A stretch of 64,000 nt of DNA from Vicinamibacteria bacterium (GCA_963668695.2 CAXXLQ010000004.1:1984001-2048000); one strand, 5' to 3'. Numbered from the stretch's first letter, positions 20,564-31,410 are shown. Notes: a model not told the origin generated them from the sequence alone. Translations and numbers: made by a program.

Positions 20564-21484
20564 ATGAAACCCGCCGCCCGCCAGGAGTCCAAGCCGAGAG
20601 GCAGCGGTTGGCCGCTGCTCCTCCTACTGCCCGTCCTCTGCGCCCCCCCGGCCCTTGCCCAGGATGAGGGCCTCCGGGTCTTCATCTCGGTGGACATGGA
20701 GGGCCTCAGCGGCATCGCCCATTCCGAGATGACGTCGGCCGCCGGCGCCGAGTATGGGCGCGGCCGCGACCTCATGATGAGCGACGTGAACGCGGCGATC
20801 CAGGGGGCTCTCGACGCCGGCGCCACCGAAATCCTGGTCAATGACAGCCACGGCAGCATGCGCAACATCCGGGTGGAACAGCTTCTCCCACCCGCCCGCC
20901 TGATCAGCCACAACTCGAAGCCTTTCGGCATGATGCAGGGGCTTGATTCCAGTTTCGACGCGGTCTTCTTCATCGGCTATCACGCCCGGGCCGGCAACCC
21001 CGACGGGCTCATGGCGCATACCGGATCGGGCGCGTCGGTCCGCGAGATCCGGGTAGCGGGCCAGCCGTCCGGGGAAGGGGACATGAACGCCATGCTGGCC
21101 GCGCACCACGGTGTTCCGGTCGCGCTGGCGACCGGCGACGAAGCGTTCGTCACGGAGCTCGGCGAGCGGCTTACCGAAACCGCGTTCGTCGCCGTAAAAC
21201 GCGCCATCCGGCGCACGACGGCCGAACTCCTCCATCCGGAAGTTACGGCGGGTCTCATCCGGGAAGCTGCTTCCCGCGCGCTCGGGGCGATCCCCGAGCC
21301 ACCGCCGGCGCCCGAGTCACCCGTCGAGATCGAGATCCAGTACACCCGCCCCGATCTGGCTGAGATCGCCTCGCTGCTGCCGCAGATCGAGCGAATCGCC
21401 CCGGACACGGTGCGCTTCGAGGCCGGGGACATGGCGGAGGGCTACGCCATAATCCGCGTCCTGTACCGCAATCTGTCCGAATGA
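20564..21484 (+). CDS. M55 family D-aminopeptidase (DppA-like) with signal peptide
   Basis: FISVDMEG, VNDSHG, IGYHA, AHT motifs. Confidence 0.92.
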   Translation: MKPAARQESKPRGSGWPLLLLLPVLCAPPALAQDEGLRVFISVDMEGLSGIAHSEMTSAAGAEYGRGRDLMMSDVNAAIQGALDAGATEILVNDSHGSMRNIRVEQLLPPARLISHNSKPFGMMQGLDSSFDAVFFIGYHARAGNPDGLMAHTGSGASVREIRVAGQPSGEGDMNAMLAAHHGVPVALATGDEAFVTELGERLTETAFVAVKRAIRRTTAELLHPEVTAGLIREAASRALGAIPEPPPAPESPVEIEIQYTRPDLAEIASLLPQIERIAPDTVRFEAGDMAEGYAIIRVLYRNLSE

Positions 21485-21498
21485 GGAGACTCCCCGAG

Positions 21499-23166
21499 AT
21501 GTCCCGAACAAACCGATGTACCGGCCTGCTGGTCACTCTGGCCCTGCTGCTGGCTGCCGGCGCGCCCGCCTGGGAGGAAGAGGAAACGAAGACCGCCGAC
21601 CTGGCGGTGCCGCTCCACGAGAATCTGGGAGCGGTCAGCTACCCGGTGAGCGGCGCTTCGGAGCTGGGTCAGCAGTACTTCGATCAGGGATTCCGCCTGG
21701 TGTACGCCTTCTGGATGGCGGAAGCGCGGCGATCCTTCGACGAGGCCGCCCGGCTGGATGACAACGCGATGTCCCACTGGGGCCGGGCGCTCGCCTACGG
21801 GCCGTATCTGAACCAGGGAGATCCGCCCGAGAACCAGTTGGAAACTGCCTGGGAAGCAATCAACCGAGCCCAGGAGCTGTCCGGGGCGGCTACCGAGAAG
21901 GAAAAGGCGATGATCGAAGCGCTCGCCGCCCGCTATGCCGAGGACCCCGCGTCCGAGCGAGCGCCGCTGGACAAGGCCTACCACGACAAGGCCCGCGCCC
22001 TCGCCGAGGCTTATCCCGACGATATCGATCTGCAGGTGTTTGCCGCAGCGTCCTACATGAACACCACCCGCTGGAACTATTGGGACGATGACGGGAAGCC
22101 GCTTGACGACGGGACCGTCTGGCTGGTGAAGCAGATCGAGCGCGCCCTCGAGATGGATTCAAACCATCCCGGCGCCATCCACTACTACATCCACGGAGTG
22201 GAGGCGTCCGACGATCCCTTCCGGGCGGTCCCCCACGCGCGGAACCTGCCCCGGACCATGCCGGGCGCGGCGCACCTCGTCCACATGGGGGCGCACATCC
22301 TGATCCAGACGGGCAACTACGACGAGGCGGCCGACTTCAACCTGGACGCCGCCGCGGTGGACGAGCTCTACCTGGGGATGCCCGATCAGGAGGGCCGCTA
22401 TCCGGTCGGCTCCTATCAGCACAACGTCCACTTCGCCTGGTCGGCGGCGCAGTTCGAAGGCCGGAGCGCGGTGGCGATCCAGCAGGCCTACAAGCTGCGC
22501 GACAAGGTGCGGATCCAGGTCGGCCCCAACCAGATCGAGCAGTCGTCCCGCCCGCAGCTCTTCCTCACCATTCCCCTGTTCGCGCAGGCTCGCTTCGGTC
22601 GTTGGAACGCCATCATGAGCGAGCCCCAGCCGCGTGCCGAGTACCTCTTCGAAACGGCGATCTGGCACTACGTGCGGGGACTCGCCAACTCGGCCACCGG
22701 TGAGGTGGCGGCTGCCCGGGAACATCAGAAGCGGATAGTTGCCATCGCCGCTGACGAGAACCTCCCGGGTATGGGCCGGGTGTCCGCCAAGGACATGCTC
22801 CGGCTCGCTGCGACCGCGCTGGAGGCGGACATCGTCTCGCGCCACGATGCCGCGGAGAAAGCGATCCCGCTGCTCGAAGAGGCGGTCAACATCCAGGACA
22901 ACCTCGCCTACACGGAACCGCCGCCCTGGTACATACCCATGCGGCAGGCACTCGGAGCGGTTCTCCTCGAGGCCGGCCAGCCCGACCATGCCGAGGTGGC
23001 GTTCCGCGAGGACCTCCGCCAGTGGCCCGAGAACGGGTGGTCGCTCTTCGGTCTGCTCGAATCGCTCCGCGCCCAGGGCAAGACCGACGAGGCGAACCGG
23101 GTGCAGCGCCGCTTCCTCCGCGCCTGGAGTCGCGCCGACATCGTCCTGACCGCCGCCAGGTTCTAG
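21499..23166 (+). CDS. Secreted TPR-repeat protein
   Basis: QQYFDQG, HPGAIHYYIH, HLVHM, YTEPPPW, PENGWSL. Confidence 0.82.
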   Translation: MSRTNRCTGLLVTLALLLAAGAPAWEEEETKTADLAVPLHENLGAVSYPVSGASELGQQYFDQGFRLVYAFWMAEARRSFDEAARLDDNAMSHWGRALAYGPYLNQGDPPENQLETAWEAINRAQELSGAATEKEKAMIEALAARYAEDPASERAPLDKAYHDKARALAEAYPDDIDLQVFAAASYMNTTRWNYWDDDGKPLDDGTVWLVKQIERALEMDSNHPGAIHYYIHGVEASDDPFRAVPHARNLPRTMPGAAHLVHMGAHILIQTGNYDEAADFNLDAAAVDELYLGMPDQEGRYPVGSYQHNVHFAWSAAQFEGRSAVAIQQAYKLRDKVRIQVGPNQIEQSSRPQLFLTIPLFAQARFGRWNAIMSEPQPRAEYLFETAIWHYVRGLANSATGEVAAAREHQKRIVAIAADENLPGMGRVSAKDMLRLAATALEADIVSRHDAAEKAIPLLEEAVNIQDNLAYTEPPPWYIPMRQALGAVLLEAGQPDHAEVAFREDLRQWPENGWSLFGLLESLRAQGKTDEANRVQRRFLRAWSRADIVLTAARF

Positions 23167-23184
23167 GAAGCGCGGGGACGCCCA

Positions 23185-23470
23185 GGAGCGCCGGTCTTCA
23201 GACCGGCATCGCGGCCGAAGGCCGCGAGACTCCCGCCGCTACCCTCGGCGATTCACCGGGCCTAACCGGGGACGGCGAAACGCCGTGGGGACGCGCGGGT
23301 GGCATTGCGCCATGCCCATTGCGCGCAGCGCCATTCGGGGATTGGCGACGGGAGTTTCGCTCCCCGCAGGGCCGCGAACGTCCCGCTACTCACTCTCACG
23401 CCGAGCGACAGCGGAAGCGCGTACTCCCTAACCACCTCACGTGGCCGGGAAGGCCAGCGCCCCTCCACCT
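23185..23470. repeat. REP-like composite repeat block
   Basis: GGAGCGCCGGTCTTCAGACCGGC hairpin; GCGACAGCGGAAG block also at ~9772 and ~31322. Confidence 0.65.
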
Positions 23471-23523
23471 CGAACCCCCACAGAGCTTGGCGTAACCGCC
23501 TCCCCGCAATTGCACGCTCCCGA

Positions 23524-24578
23524 GTGAAGGTGGGAGAACGGATTACCGAGCGAGCAACAAACTCATGGCAGCGAACTCTGTTCGCTGCCGGCGTGGGCGG
23601 GGGGCAAGTGTGAAAGGGGGGCCACCGCCCCCCTTTCACAAGAAGGTAACAACAAATCGGAACTCGCCGCCGCGAACAGGAAGCTCCCGCAAGGCGCACA
23701 GTAACCAGCGGGATGCGGCGGGAGTTCCGATTTGCGGCGCGAAGCGCCGGGCGGTTCGGAAGCGGGGCTCACACTGCTGCACACTCCGACACCTGATTTT
23801 TCCGTCAACGTGCCCCGCGTCCGGACCGCTTGGCGGGTTCGGGCTCATGGCCCCGTTCGGGAACCACGTGACGGGGTCACGTGAAGGTGGGAGAAGGGAT
23901 TACCGAGCGAGCAACAAACTCATGGCAGCGAACTCTGTTCGCTGCCGGCGTGGGCGGGGGGAAAGTGTGAAAGGGGGGCCCCGCCCCCCTTTCACAAGAA
24001 GGTAACAACAAATCGGAACTCGCCGCCGCGAACGAAGCTCCCGCAAGGCGCACAGTAACCAGCGGGATGCGGCGGGAGTTCCGATTTGCGGCGCGAAGCG
24101 CCGGGCGGTTCGGAAGCGGGGCTCACACTGCTGCACACTCCGACACCTGATTTTTCCGTCAACGTGCCCCGCGTCCGGACCGCTTGGCGGGTTCGGGCTC
24201 ATGGCCCCGTTCGGGAACCACGTGACGGGGTCACGTGAAGGTGGGAGAAGGGATTACCGAGCGAGCAACAAACTCATGGCAGCGAACTCTGTTCGCTGCC
24301 GGCGTGGGCGGGGGGCAAGTGTGAAAGGGGGGCCCCCGCCCCCCTTTCACAAGAAGGTAACAACAAATCGGAACTCGCCGCCGCGAACAGGAAGCTCCCG
24401 CAAGGCGCACAGTAACCAGCGGGATGCGGCGGGAGTTCCGATTTGCGGCGCGAAGCGCCGGGCGGTTCGGAAGCGGGGCTCACACTGCTGCACACTCCGA
24501 CACCTGATTTTTCCGTCAAGGTGCCCCGCTTCCGGACCGCTTGGCGGGTTCGGGCTCATGGCCCCGTTCGGGAACCAC
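23524..24578. repeat. Three-copy tandem array of a ~355-bp hairpin-rich unit
   Basis: GTGAAGGTGGGAGAA at 23524, 23881 and 24235; near-identical units. Confidence 0.92.
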
Positions 24579-27012
24579 TTGGCTGGTTCACCGGCAGGGT
24601 GACCACGAATTCGGCGCCTTCGCCGACCTCCGAGCTCACCACCAGCGTGCCGCCGTGGCCGCGGACGATGTCGTGCGAGAGCGAAAGGCCGAGACCGGTG
24701 CCCTTGTCGGTGTCCTTTGTCGTGAAGAACGGTTCGAAGATCTTGGCCAGGTGGCTCGGCGGAATGCCGGGGCCGTTGTCCTTGATCCGCACCTCGATCC
24801 GACCGTTCTCCTTGCGGGTCCGCACCGCCAGTTCGGGCTGGTAGCCTGGATCCAAGTTCTCGTCCAACTGCTTGTCGAGGGTTGCCTGGCAGGCGTTCGT
24901 GACGATATTCAGGAACACCCGGCTGAGATCCTGCGGGACTGCCTCAATGGCGCCGACATCGTCACTCAGATCCTTGCGGATGGTCATCTGGAAACGGTTG
25001 TCCACGGCGCGCATCGAGTGGAACGCGAGGGCGATGTATTCCTCCAGCATGGCGTTGATTTCGGTCGGACGGCTTTCTCCGCCTTCCTTCCGCGCGTGTT
25101 CCAGCATTCCGTAGACGATGGAACTGGCCCGTTTGCCGTGGTGCACGATCCGCTCGAGGTTCCCGGAGAGATCGCCGCTGATCTCGTCGATCTCCGCGAG
25201 GGATTCTTCGGGGACGTGTTCCTTGACGGTTTCCAGTTCTGCCCTGAGATCCTCGAGGAGGTCGCTCGAGACCTCGGCGAAGTTGTTGACGAAGTTCAGC
25301 GGATTCTTGATCTCGTGCGCGATTCCGGCGGTCAACTGGCCGAGGGACGCGAGCTTTTCCTGCATGACGATCCGGTCCTGCGCCTTTTCCAGGTCCTCGA
25401 GCGTCTTCGCCAGTTCCTCGTTCTGCGCCTCGACCCGGGTGGCGAGTTCTTCGACCAGGTTGAGACGCTGGACCTCGAGGGCGTGCTGACGGAAGACTTC
25501 GAGCGCTTGCGCCATCTCCCCGACCTCGTCCTGGCCGCGGACTTCGATACGGGTCTCCAGATCACCTCCCGCCATCCGCCGCATCGCCCGGGACAGGGCG
25601 GTGAGACGGGCGATCAGGAATCGCCCGACAAAGAGCCAGAGAATCAGCGCGGCGCTGCTGATCCCCATGACGTTCAGCGCCACCAGCAACGACCGCCCGA
25701 GGTTCAGCGCCGCTTCCGACTCCCGGGTGGCGGCCAGCGCATCCACCTCGAGCCCGACCGTCAGACTCGCCACCGCCGCTTCCAGCGAGTCGGTGATGGA
25801 TTCGTTTCTGGCGAGGTACGCGAGCTGGTTCCGGAGTTCCGCGAGGTACTGCCGCCGAACCGGAAACGCGCCGAGCCCGAGCCCGAGCCCGAGCTCGTAG
25901 ATCGCATCCAGAGTCTGCCGAAGCTGCCGCGGCGCCCGGTCCCCGAGGGTGTCGAGCGCCCGGAACGTGCCGGCGGTGGCGGCCCGGAATCTCTCGTCCA
26001 GAGTCTCGACGAGTTCCAGGTCGTCCTGTACGACCACGTCGCTGATCAGGCTGCCCGCGAGGTTGCCCCGGGCGTCGATGGTGCTGAGAGCGTGCAGGTA
26101 GATCACTTCGGTCTCGGAACCCCGCACCTCGATGGGAGCCGGGTCGCCCGTGAGTTCCCTGAGGCCCGTCGCCATATAAAAGACCTGGTCGTCCAGGAGC
26201 GGTCCGATCAATTCGTTCAGCTCACGGCTCCTCTCCACGCTCTCGTCCTGAAGCTGGTTCAGGCGTTCCTGCAGAGCGACGCCGCTCTCGACCGAAACCT
26301 GGATGCCCTGGAGGTTGCCCGCCAGATCTGCAGAAAACTGCCGAAGTCCGTCCGTCCGTTCACTGGCCGCGAGTTCTGAAGACAACTCGATGATGCGCGC
26401 GGCGTTTTCCAGCAGATCGACCTCGGCACGGGGCGAAATCTCGGCGGCAGTTTCTTCACCTGAGTCGCTCGCGAGCTCACGGTTCCTGGCTTCGGCGACC
26501 AGCCGAGGCGCGGCCGCCGCCAAGCTGGTGGCGAGCTGCCCGATCTGAACCGCCCGGGTCAGGGCCGGTACGTATTCGGTATTGATTTTCCGCTGAATCC
26601 GGCCGACCTGGAAGAACGCGACGAGCGCAATGATGCTCGCCACCAGGGTGAATATGATCGCCGCACCTAGCCCTAGCGCGATCTGGACCCGGAGGCTTCG
26701 CCGTAGCGCGAACTTTCGGCGGAACCAGCCGCCCCGGTCCGGTGATGGGGATCCGGGTGTCGCTCCGTCATCGGCCGCGGGAACCGGGTCCTTGGAATCG
26801 GGGCCGTCAGCCGCCTCCTCGCGATCCCCTCCGACATCGTCGGCGGAGAGCGGCTTCCTCCCCGACAGTGCTTCCCGGAGCGCTCCGACGATCGAAAGGC
26901 CGCCCGGCTCTTCCGAATCTTCCGTGACCTCCGCCGGGGTTTTGCCGGATACCGGGCTCTCCTCGGGATCGGGTACGCCGTCGTGCCGGTCTTCGGATTC
27001 CTTTTCGGCCAT
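24556..27012 (-). CDS. Sensor histidine kinase (2 TM, HAMP, HisKA, HATPase)
   Basis: AGIAHEIKNPLN, NIVTNA, DNGPG, FEPFFTTK, GTGLGL; DEVGEMA HAMP. Confidence 0.95.
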   Translation of the reverse strand: MAEKESEDRHDGVPDPEESPVSGKTPAEVTEDSEEPGGLSIVGALREALSGRKPLSADDVGGDREEAADGPDSKDPVPAADDGATPGSPSPDRGGWFRRKFALRRSLRVQIALGLGAAIIFTLVASIIALVAFFQVGRIQRKINTEYVPALTRAVQIGQLATSLAAAAPRLVAEARNRELASDSGEETAAEISPRAEVDLLENAARIIELSSELAASERTDGLRQFSADLAGNLQGIQVSVESGVALQERLNQLQDESVERSRELNELIGPLLDDQVFYMATGLRELTGDPAPIEVRGSETEVIYLHALSTIDARGNLAGSLISDVVVQDDLELVETLDERFRAATAGTFRALDTLGDRAPRQLRQTLDAIYELGLGLGLGAFPVRRQYLAELRNQLAYLARNESITDSLEAAVASLTVGLEVDALAATRESEAALNLGRSLLVALNVMGISSAALILWLFVGRFLIARLTALSRAMRRMAGGDLETRIEVRGQDEVGEMAQALEVFRQHALEVQRLNLVEELATRVEAQNEELAKTLEDLEKAQDRIVMQEKLASLGQLTAGIAHEIKNPLNFVNNFAEVSSDLLEDLRAELETVKEHVPEESLAEIDEISGDLSGNLERIVHHGKRASSIVYGMLEHARKEGGESRPTEINAMLEEYIALAFHSMRAVDNRFQMTIRKDLSDDVGAIEAVPQDLSRVFLNIVTNACQATLDKQLDENLDPGYQPELAVRTRKENGRIEVRIKDNGPGIPPSHLAKIFEPFFTTKDTDKGTGLGLSLSHDIVRGHGGTLVVSSEVGEGAEFVVTLPVNQPSGSRTGP

Positions 27013-27016
27013 CCCG

Positions 27017-28237
27017 TTACCGCAGTGAGGTGAGCGGCCTCAGGGTCCCGTCCGCCTCGATCCGGGTCAGGAAGACGCGGTCGGAACCCTGCGTGTCTCC
27101 CGGGCCGTAGGTGAGTGAGAAACCACCGAAATCCAGATTGCGGATGGTCGTGAGGGTCTCCAGAAAGCCGGCCCGGGTGAGATCCGGACCCGAACGTTCC
27201 AGAACTTCTCCGGTAAGGCGCGCCGCGATGTACCCCTCAAGAGATACGAAGCTGGGTTGTGCGCCCCTTTCCTGCCGGCGGAGCGCTTCGCGGTAGTCGC
27301 GCACCACTCGAAGCGAGTTGTCCTCGGGGAAGGGGACGACCTGAGTGATCAGCACCCCCTCTCCGGCCGAACCGAGGTCCGCGGCCAACGCTTCGCTGCC
27401 CACGAAGGAGATGTTCATCAGTAGGGGAGTGAAGCCGATTCGCCTCGCCCAGCGCACGAACTCGCCCACGGGGCGATACGCCCCGATGATGATCACCGCC
27501 TCGGGCTGCGCCCGGCGCAGTTCGAGCACCGCGATCTTGATGGCCGTCGTGTTGCGTTGGTAGGCGGCCACTCCACTCAACTCCAGCCGCCGCCGGGCCA
27601 GCGCCATCCGCACGCCGGTGAGCCCCGCGTTGCCATAGGAATCGTCTTGATAGAGGACGGCGATACGGGAAACACCGAGGTCCTCGGTGAGCCGCTCGAC
27701 CATTTCGTCGGTTTCCTGGAAGTAGGAAGCGCGGACGTTCACCGCGGTCGGCGCCTCTTCCGGCTCGCGCAGGAACTCCGCTCCCGTGAACGGGCCGATA
27801 TACGGGGCCCCGGCCTGGGCTGCTACCGGCTCGACCGCGCGGGAAGTCGGGGTTCCGACCGGTCCGATGAGCGCGAAGACGTTTTCTTCCTGCAGTAGCT
27901 GGCGGGTGTTCGTGAGTGCGGCCTCGGGCTCGTACCCATCATCGAGCGAGACCAGTTCGAGCCGCCGTCCATGGACGCCGCCCTGGCGGTTGATCTCGGC
28001 GAACGCGGCCTGGATACCGAGCCGCATGCCTTGCCCGAGGGCGGCGGCAGGGCCGCTGAGCGCTGCCGACTGCCCGAAGAGAATGCGGTCCGCACTGACT
28101 CCGGGCGTGGCGGTCTGATCCTGGGCGGATGCGAGCGGCGACGGTCCGACGACCGCCAGCCCCAAGAGGCACAGGACCCGAATCCAGCGGACCCGAGACA
28201 GCAAACCCGAAACCGGCTTCCGCCTCGAACCGCACAT
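27017..28237 (-). CDS. Periplasmic ligand-binding protein (LivJ-like, PBP1)
   Basis: GQSAALSGP, GGVHGRRLEL, DDGYEP, GPVGTPT, NVRASY. Confidence 0.9.
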   Translation of the reverse strand: MCGSRRKPVSGLLSRVRWIRVLCLLGLAVVGPSPLASAQDQTATPGVSADRILFGQSAALSGPAAALGQGMRLGIQAAFAEINRQGGVHGRRLELVSLDDGYEPEAALTNTRQLLQEENVFALIGPVGTPTSRAVEPVAAQAGAPYIGPFTGAEFLREPEEAPTAVNVRASYFQETDEMVERLTEDLGVSRIAVLYQDDSYGNAGLTGVRMALARRRLELSGVAAYQRNTTAIKIAVLELRRAQPEAVIIIGAYRPVGEFVRWARRIGFTPLLMNISFVGSEALAADLGSAGEGVLITQVVPFPEDNSLRVVRDYREALRRQERGAQPSFVSLEGYIAARLTGEVLERSGPDLTRAGFLETLTTIRNLDFGGFSLTYGPGDTQGSDRVFLTRIEADGTLRPLTSLR

Positions 28238-28251
28238 AGGTCGTAGGCTGG

Positions 28252-29421
28252 CTAACCGCCGTGATAAGCGAGCGTCAGGCAGGTGATGTCATCGGATTGG
28301 TGCTCCCCGCCCGAGAACTCACGAACCGCATCGAGGACAGCCCGATTCATCTCCTCCGGCGACTTCTCGGCAACACCCTCCAGGATGTTTTCGAGGCGGT
28401 AGTTTTCGAACAACTCCTTGTTGGGAGCTTCCGCCTCGGGGACCCCGTCGGTGTAGAGGAAGATCCGGTCCCCCGGGTCGAGCTGCACCGTAGCCTCGGA
28501 GTACGGGAAATCGGGCATGACGCCGAGCGCGATGCCCTGGGTGCTCGGCATCTCCCGCGGTTTCTCACCGGAACGCACCAGATAGGGAGCGCAGTGGCCC
28601 GCGTTGGTGTAGGTGAACGAACCGGTCGTCGTGTCGAAAATCCCGAAGAGCAGGGTGACGAACATCGCCCGCTCGTTTTCTTCTCCGAGCAAATTGTTCA
28701 CCTGGCTCAGCGCCTCGCCCGGAGAGAGGGCGCTCACGGCGTTGCCCTTGACCAGGGTCCGGCTGACCATCATGAAGAGCGCCGCCGGCACGCCTTTGCC
28801 CGAAACATCGGCCATCACGATGCCGAGCCGCTGCTCCGGGAGATGGAAGACGTCGTAGAAGTCGCCCCCGACGTCCTGTGCCGGCGTCATGATCGCGTGC
28901 GTTTCGCACGTCGCGGTGGAGGGAAACCGCTGCGGCAGGATGGACATCTGCATGTCGCGGGCGACCCGAAGCTCCTGATGGAGCGCGAGAAGTTGGGCTC
29001 GGTGCTTGAGCGCCTCGCGCATCATGGCGAGGTGGGTCATGGTCTTTTCGATGGTGAGCTCGAGGTCCTTGAAGTCGATAGGTTTCGTGACGAAATCGAA
29101 AGCGCCCCGGTTCATCGCGGTCCGGATGTTCTGCATGTCGCCGTATGCCGAAACCACCACCGCCCGGCACTTGGGGCGAATGGTGCGCAGTTCGTTGAGC
29201 AGGGTCAGACCGTCCATCCGCGGCATATTGATGTCGGTCATGATGAGCTCGATTTCCTGATGCTCCTCGAGAGCCTCCAGCGCCTGCACCCCGTCGTGGG
29301 CGAATACGAAGCGCAACTCGTCCGTGCGGATCCGGCGGCGAAACCGCTGGCGGATCAGCGTCTCGAGATCGGGTTCGTCGTCGACCACCAAGATCGTGCA
29401 AGGTTCAATCATGAACGCCAA
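28252..29421 (-). CDS. Receiver + PP2C/SpoIIE phosphatase (RsbU-like)
   Basis: LVVDDE, TDINMP, FVTKP; VGGDFYD, ADVSGKG, YTDG, SDDIT. Confidence 0.93.
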   Translation of the reverse strand: MAFMIEPCTILVVDDEPDLETLIRQRFRRRIRTDELRFVFAHDGVQALEALEEHQEIELIMTDINMPRMDGLTLLNELRTIRPKCRAVVVSAYGDMQNIRTAMNRGAFDFVTKPIDFKDLELTIEKTMTHLAMMREALKHRAQLLALHQELRVARDMQMSILPQRFPSTATCETHAIMTPAQDVGGDFYDVFHLPEQRLGIVMADVSGKGVPAALFMMVSRTLVKGNAVSALSPGEALSQVNNLLGEENERAMFVTLLFGIFDTTTGSFTYTNAGHCAPYLVRSGEKPREMPSTQGIALGVMPDFPYSEATVQLDPGDRIFLYTDGVPEAEAPNKELFENYRLENILEGVAEKSPEEMNRAVLDAVREFSGGEHQSDDITCLTLAYHGG

Positions 29422-29528
29422 TTATCTCACTTCGGGGCGGCCCGACCGACCGGACGGTTCCGGCGACGGTTGAAGTGTCCATCCCGTTCCGTTAGGTTGT
29501 GATCTTCCTTGATGAAGAGGGGATCCCA

Positions 29529-30854
29529 ATGACAGATACGCAACTATCGCGCCGCCGTTTCCTCGGAGCATCCGCTGCCGCCTTCGGCGCCGCGGCAATT
29601 CCCGGAGGAGCTTTCGCGGCGGCAGCAGCGCAGCGGGCCGTGCCGGCCCTCCCGCTTGGGGATCTCGCTCCTCCCGTGGGCCCGGGCGAGGACTACTGGT
29701 GGAAAGTGCGTTCCCAGTTCAACGTCGTCGACGGGATGGCGTTCATGAACAACGGCACCCTGGGGCCGAGCCCCCGGGTGGTGGCGGACGAGGAGGCGCG
29801 TATCTACGCCGAGATCGCCGCCGATCCGACGAGCGGGAACCGGCGCGACGAGCTCCACGAGCGCCGGCAGACACTCGCCGCCTTCGTGGGCGCGGAGCCC
29901 GACGAAGTCACCTATACGCGCAGCACGACCGAAGGGATGAACATCTTCGGGCGCGGCCTCGACTGGCGCGAGGGCGACGAAGTGCTCATGTGCACCCATG
30001 AGCACAACGGCGGCATCGAGCCCTACATCCACTCGCAGGAACGCTACGGGGTGGTGATCAAGTGGGTGGACGTTCCGGTCCCGCCGGAAAGCAAGGATCA
30101 GATCCTCTCCATCTACGAGAAGGCGATCGGTCCACGGACGCGGGCGATCATGGTGAGCCACATCACCTACGTCACCGGCCTCCTGATGCCGGTGAAGGAA
30201 CTCGCCGAGCTCTGCGCCCGGAGGAACCTGCTGCTGACGGTGGACGGCGCCCACCCGCTCGGCATGATGGCCCTCGACATGCGGGACTTGGGCTGCCACC
30301 ACTACGCGGGCGCCGGCCAGAAGTGGCTGATGGCGGGCACCGGAACCGGCCTGTCCTACATCCGGCGGGACACGATCGGCGACATCTGGCCCCTGATCGG
30401 CGCCGGGTCCTACCGAGTGGAGGGGGAGCGCCGGTTCCGTGAGGATTCCCGGAAGTACGAGAACACCGGGCAACGGCATATGCCGAGCCAGTTCGCCTTG
30501 GTCAAATCGGTCGAGTTCCAGAACGTGATCGGGCAGGATCTCATCGAGAAGCGGGTGCGCATGCTTTCGCGGCGCCTCAGGGAAGGGCTCAGCGAGATCC
30601 CCGGGGTCAAGCTCTGGACCGCGATGGGCGACGACCTCGCGGTCGGACTCACCCTGTTCTCGGTCCACGACCTCCCGATGGCCAACGTCCAGCAGGGCAT
30701 CATGGATCGCGAACGGGTATTCATCCGCACGATGAGGACCGGAAACCTCAATGGGGTGCGGGCCTCGACCCATCTCTACAACATGCCGCACGAGGTGGAC
30801 CAACTGCTGGCGGCCGTCCGTCACATCGCCGCCAACCCTGCGGACTACATGTAG
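29529..30854 (+). CDS. Class V PLP aminotransferase-fold enzyme, Tat-exported
   Basis: SRRRFL leader; NNGTLG, TRSTTEG, VDGAH, AGQKW, RASTHLYN. Confidence 0.9.
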   Translation: MTDTQLSRRRFLGASAAAFGAAAIPGGAFAAAAAQRAVPALPLGDLAPPVGPGEDYWWKVRSQFNVVDGMAFMNNGTLGPSPRVVADEEARIYAEIAADPTSGNRRDELHERRQTLAAFVGAEPDEVTYTRSTTEGMNIFGRGLDWREGDEVLMCTHEHNGGIEPYIHSQERYGVVIKWVDVPVPPESKDQILSIYEKAIGPRTRAIMVSHITYVTGLLMPVKELAELCARRNLLLTVDGAHPLGMMALDMRDLGCHHYAGAGQKWLMAGTGTGLSYIRRDTIGDIWPLIGAGSYRVEGERRFREDSRKYENTGQRHMPSQFALVKSVEFQNVIGQDLIEKRVRMLSRRLREGLSEIPGVKLWTAMGDDLAVGLTLFSVHDLPMANVQQGIMDRERVFIRTMRTGNLNGVRASTHLYNMPHEVDQLLAAVRHIAANPADYM

Positions 30855-30959
30855 GGCGTACTACGTGGGCGCCGTCCCCGACTGGGTCCGCGTGATTGGC
30901 GGTGGGAGTTTCGCCCCGCTAAGGAGCGCCGGTCTTCAGACCGGCATCGCGGCCGTAGG

Positions 30960-31270
30960 CCGCGAAACTCCCGTCCTATTCAGACTTATGGCACCGAGCT
31001 AACCGGGGACGGCGAAACGCTCGGCTGGCCACCGCCGCAGGCGGACGAAAGCCCCGCTCTATTCAGTCTCATGGCACCGACCTGATCGGGGACGGCGAAA
31101 TGCTCGGCTGGCCACCGCCGCAGGCCGCGAAACTAACGTCCTATTCAGTCTTATGGCACCGACCTGATCGGGGACGGCGAAACGCTCGGCTGGCCACCGC
31201 CGCAGGCCGCGAAACTAACGTCCTGTTCAGTCTTATGGCACCGACTTGGCCGGGGACGGCGAAATGCTCG
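30960..31270. repeat. Tandem ~82-bp repeat, about 4 copies
   Basis: CTATTCAGTCTTATGGCACCGACCTGATCGGGGACGGCGAAA variants at ~30976, 31059, 31141 and 31223. Confidence 0.88.
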
Positions 31271-31410
31271 CCCGATCGCTGCCCCCAGGGCAGCGACGCT
31301 CCTCCCTTCACCCTTGCGGCTAGCGACAGCGGAAGGGGGTGCTCCCAACCACTCTCACGTGACCGGGAAGGCCAACGCCGACCCTCCCCTATCGTTTCCC
31401 AAGCCAGGAT

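Noticed and set aside
23563-24602. Repeated small ORFs in the tandem array
   Set aside because: Open on both strands with no RBS or domain signal; by-products of the repeat
31080-31185. Hammerhead ribozyme (CTGATCG...CGAAA)
   Set aside because: The core lacks CUGANGA and there is no convincing stem II
30960-31270. CRISPR array
   Set aside because: The whole unit repeats with no unique spacers, and no cas genes are present
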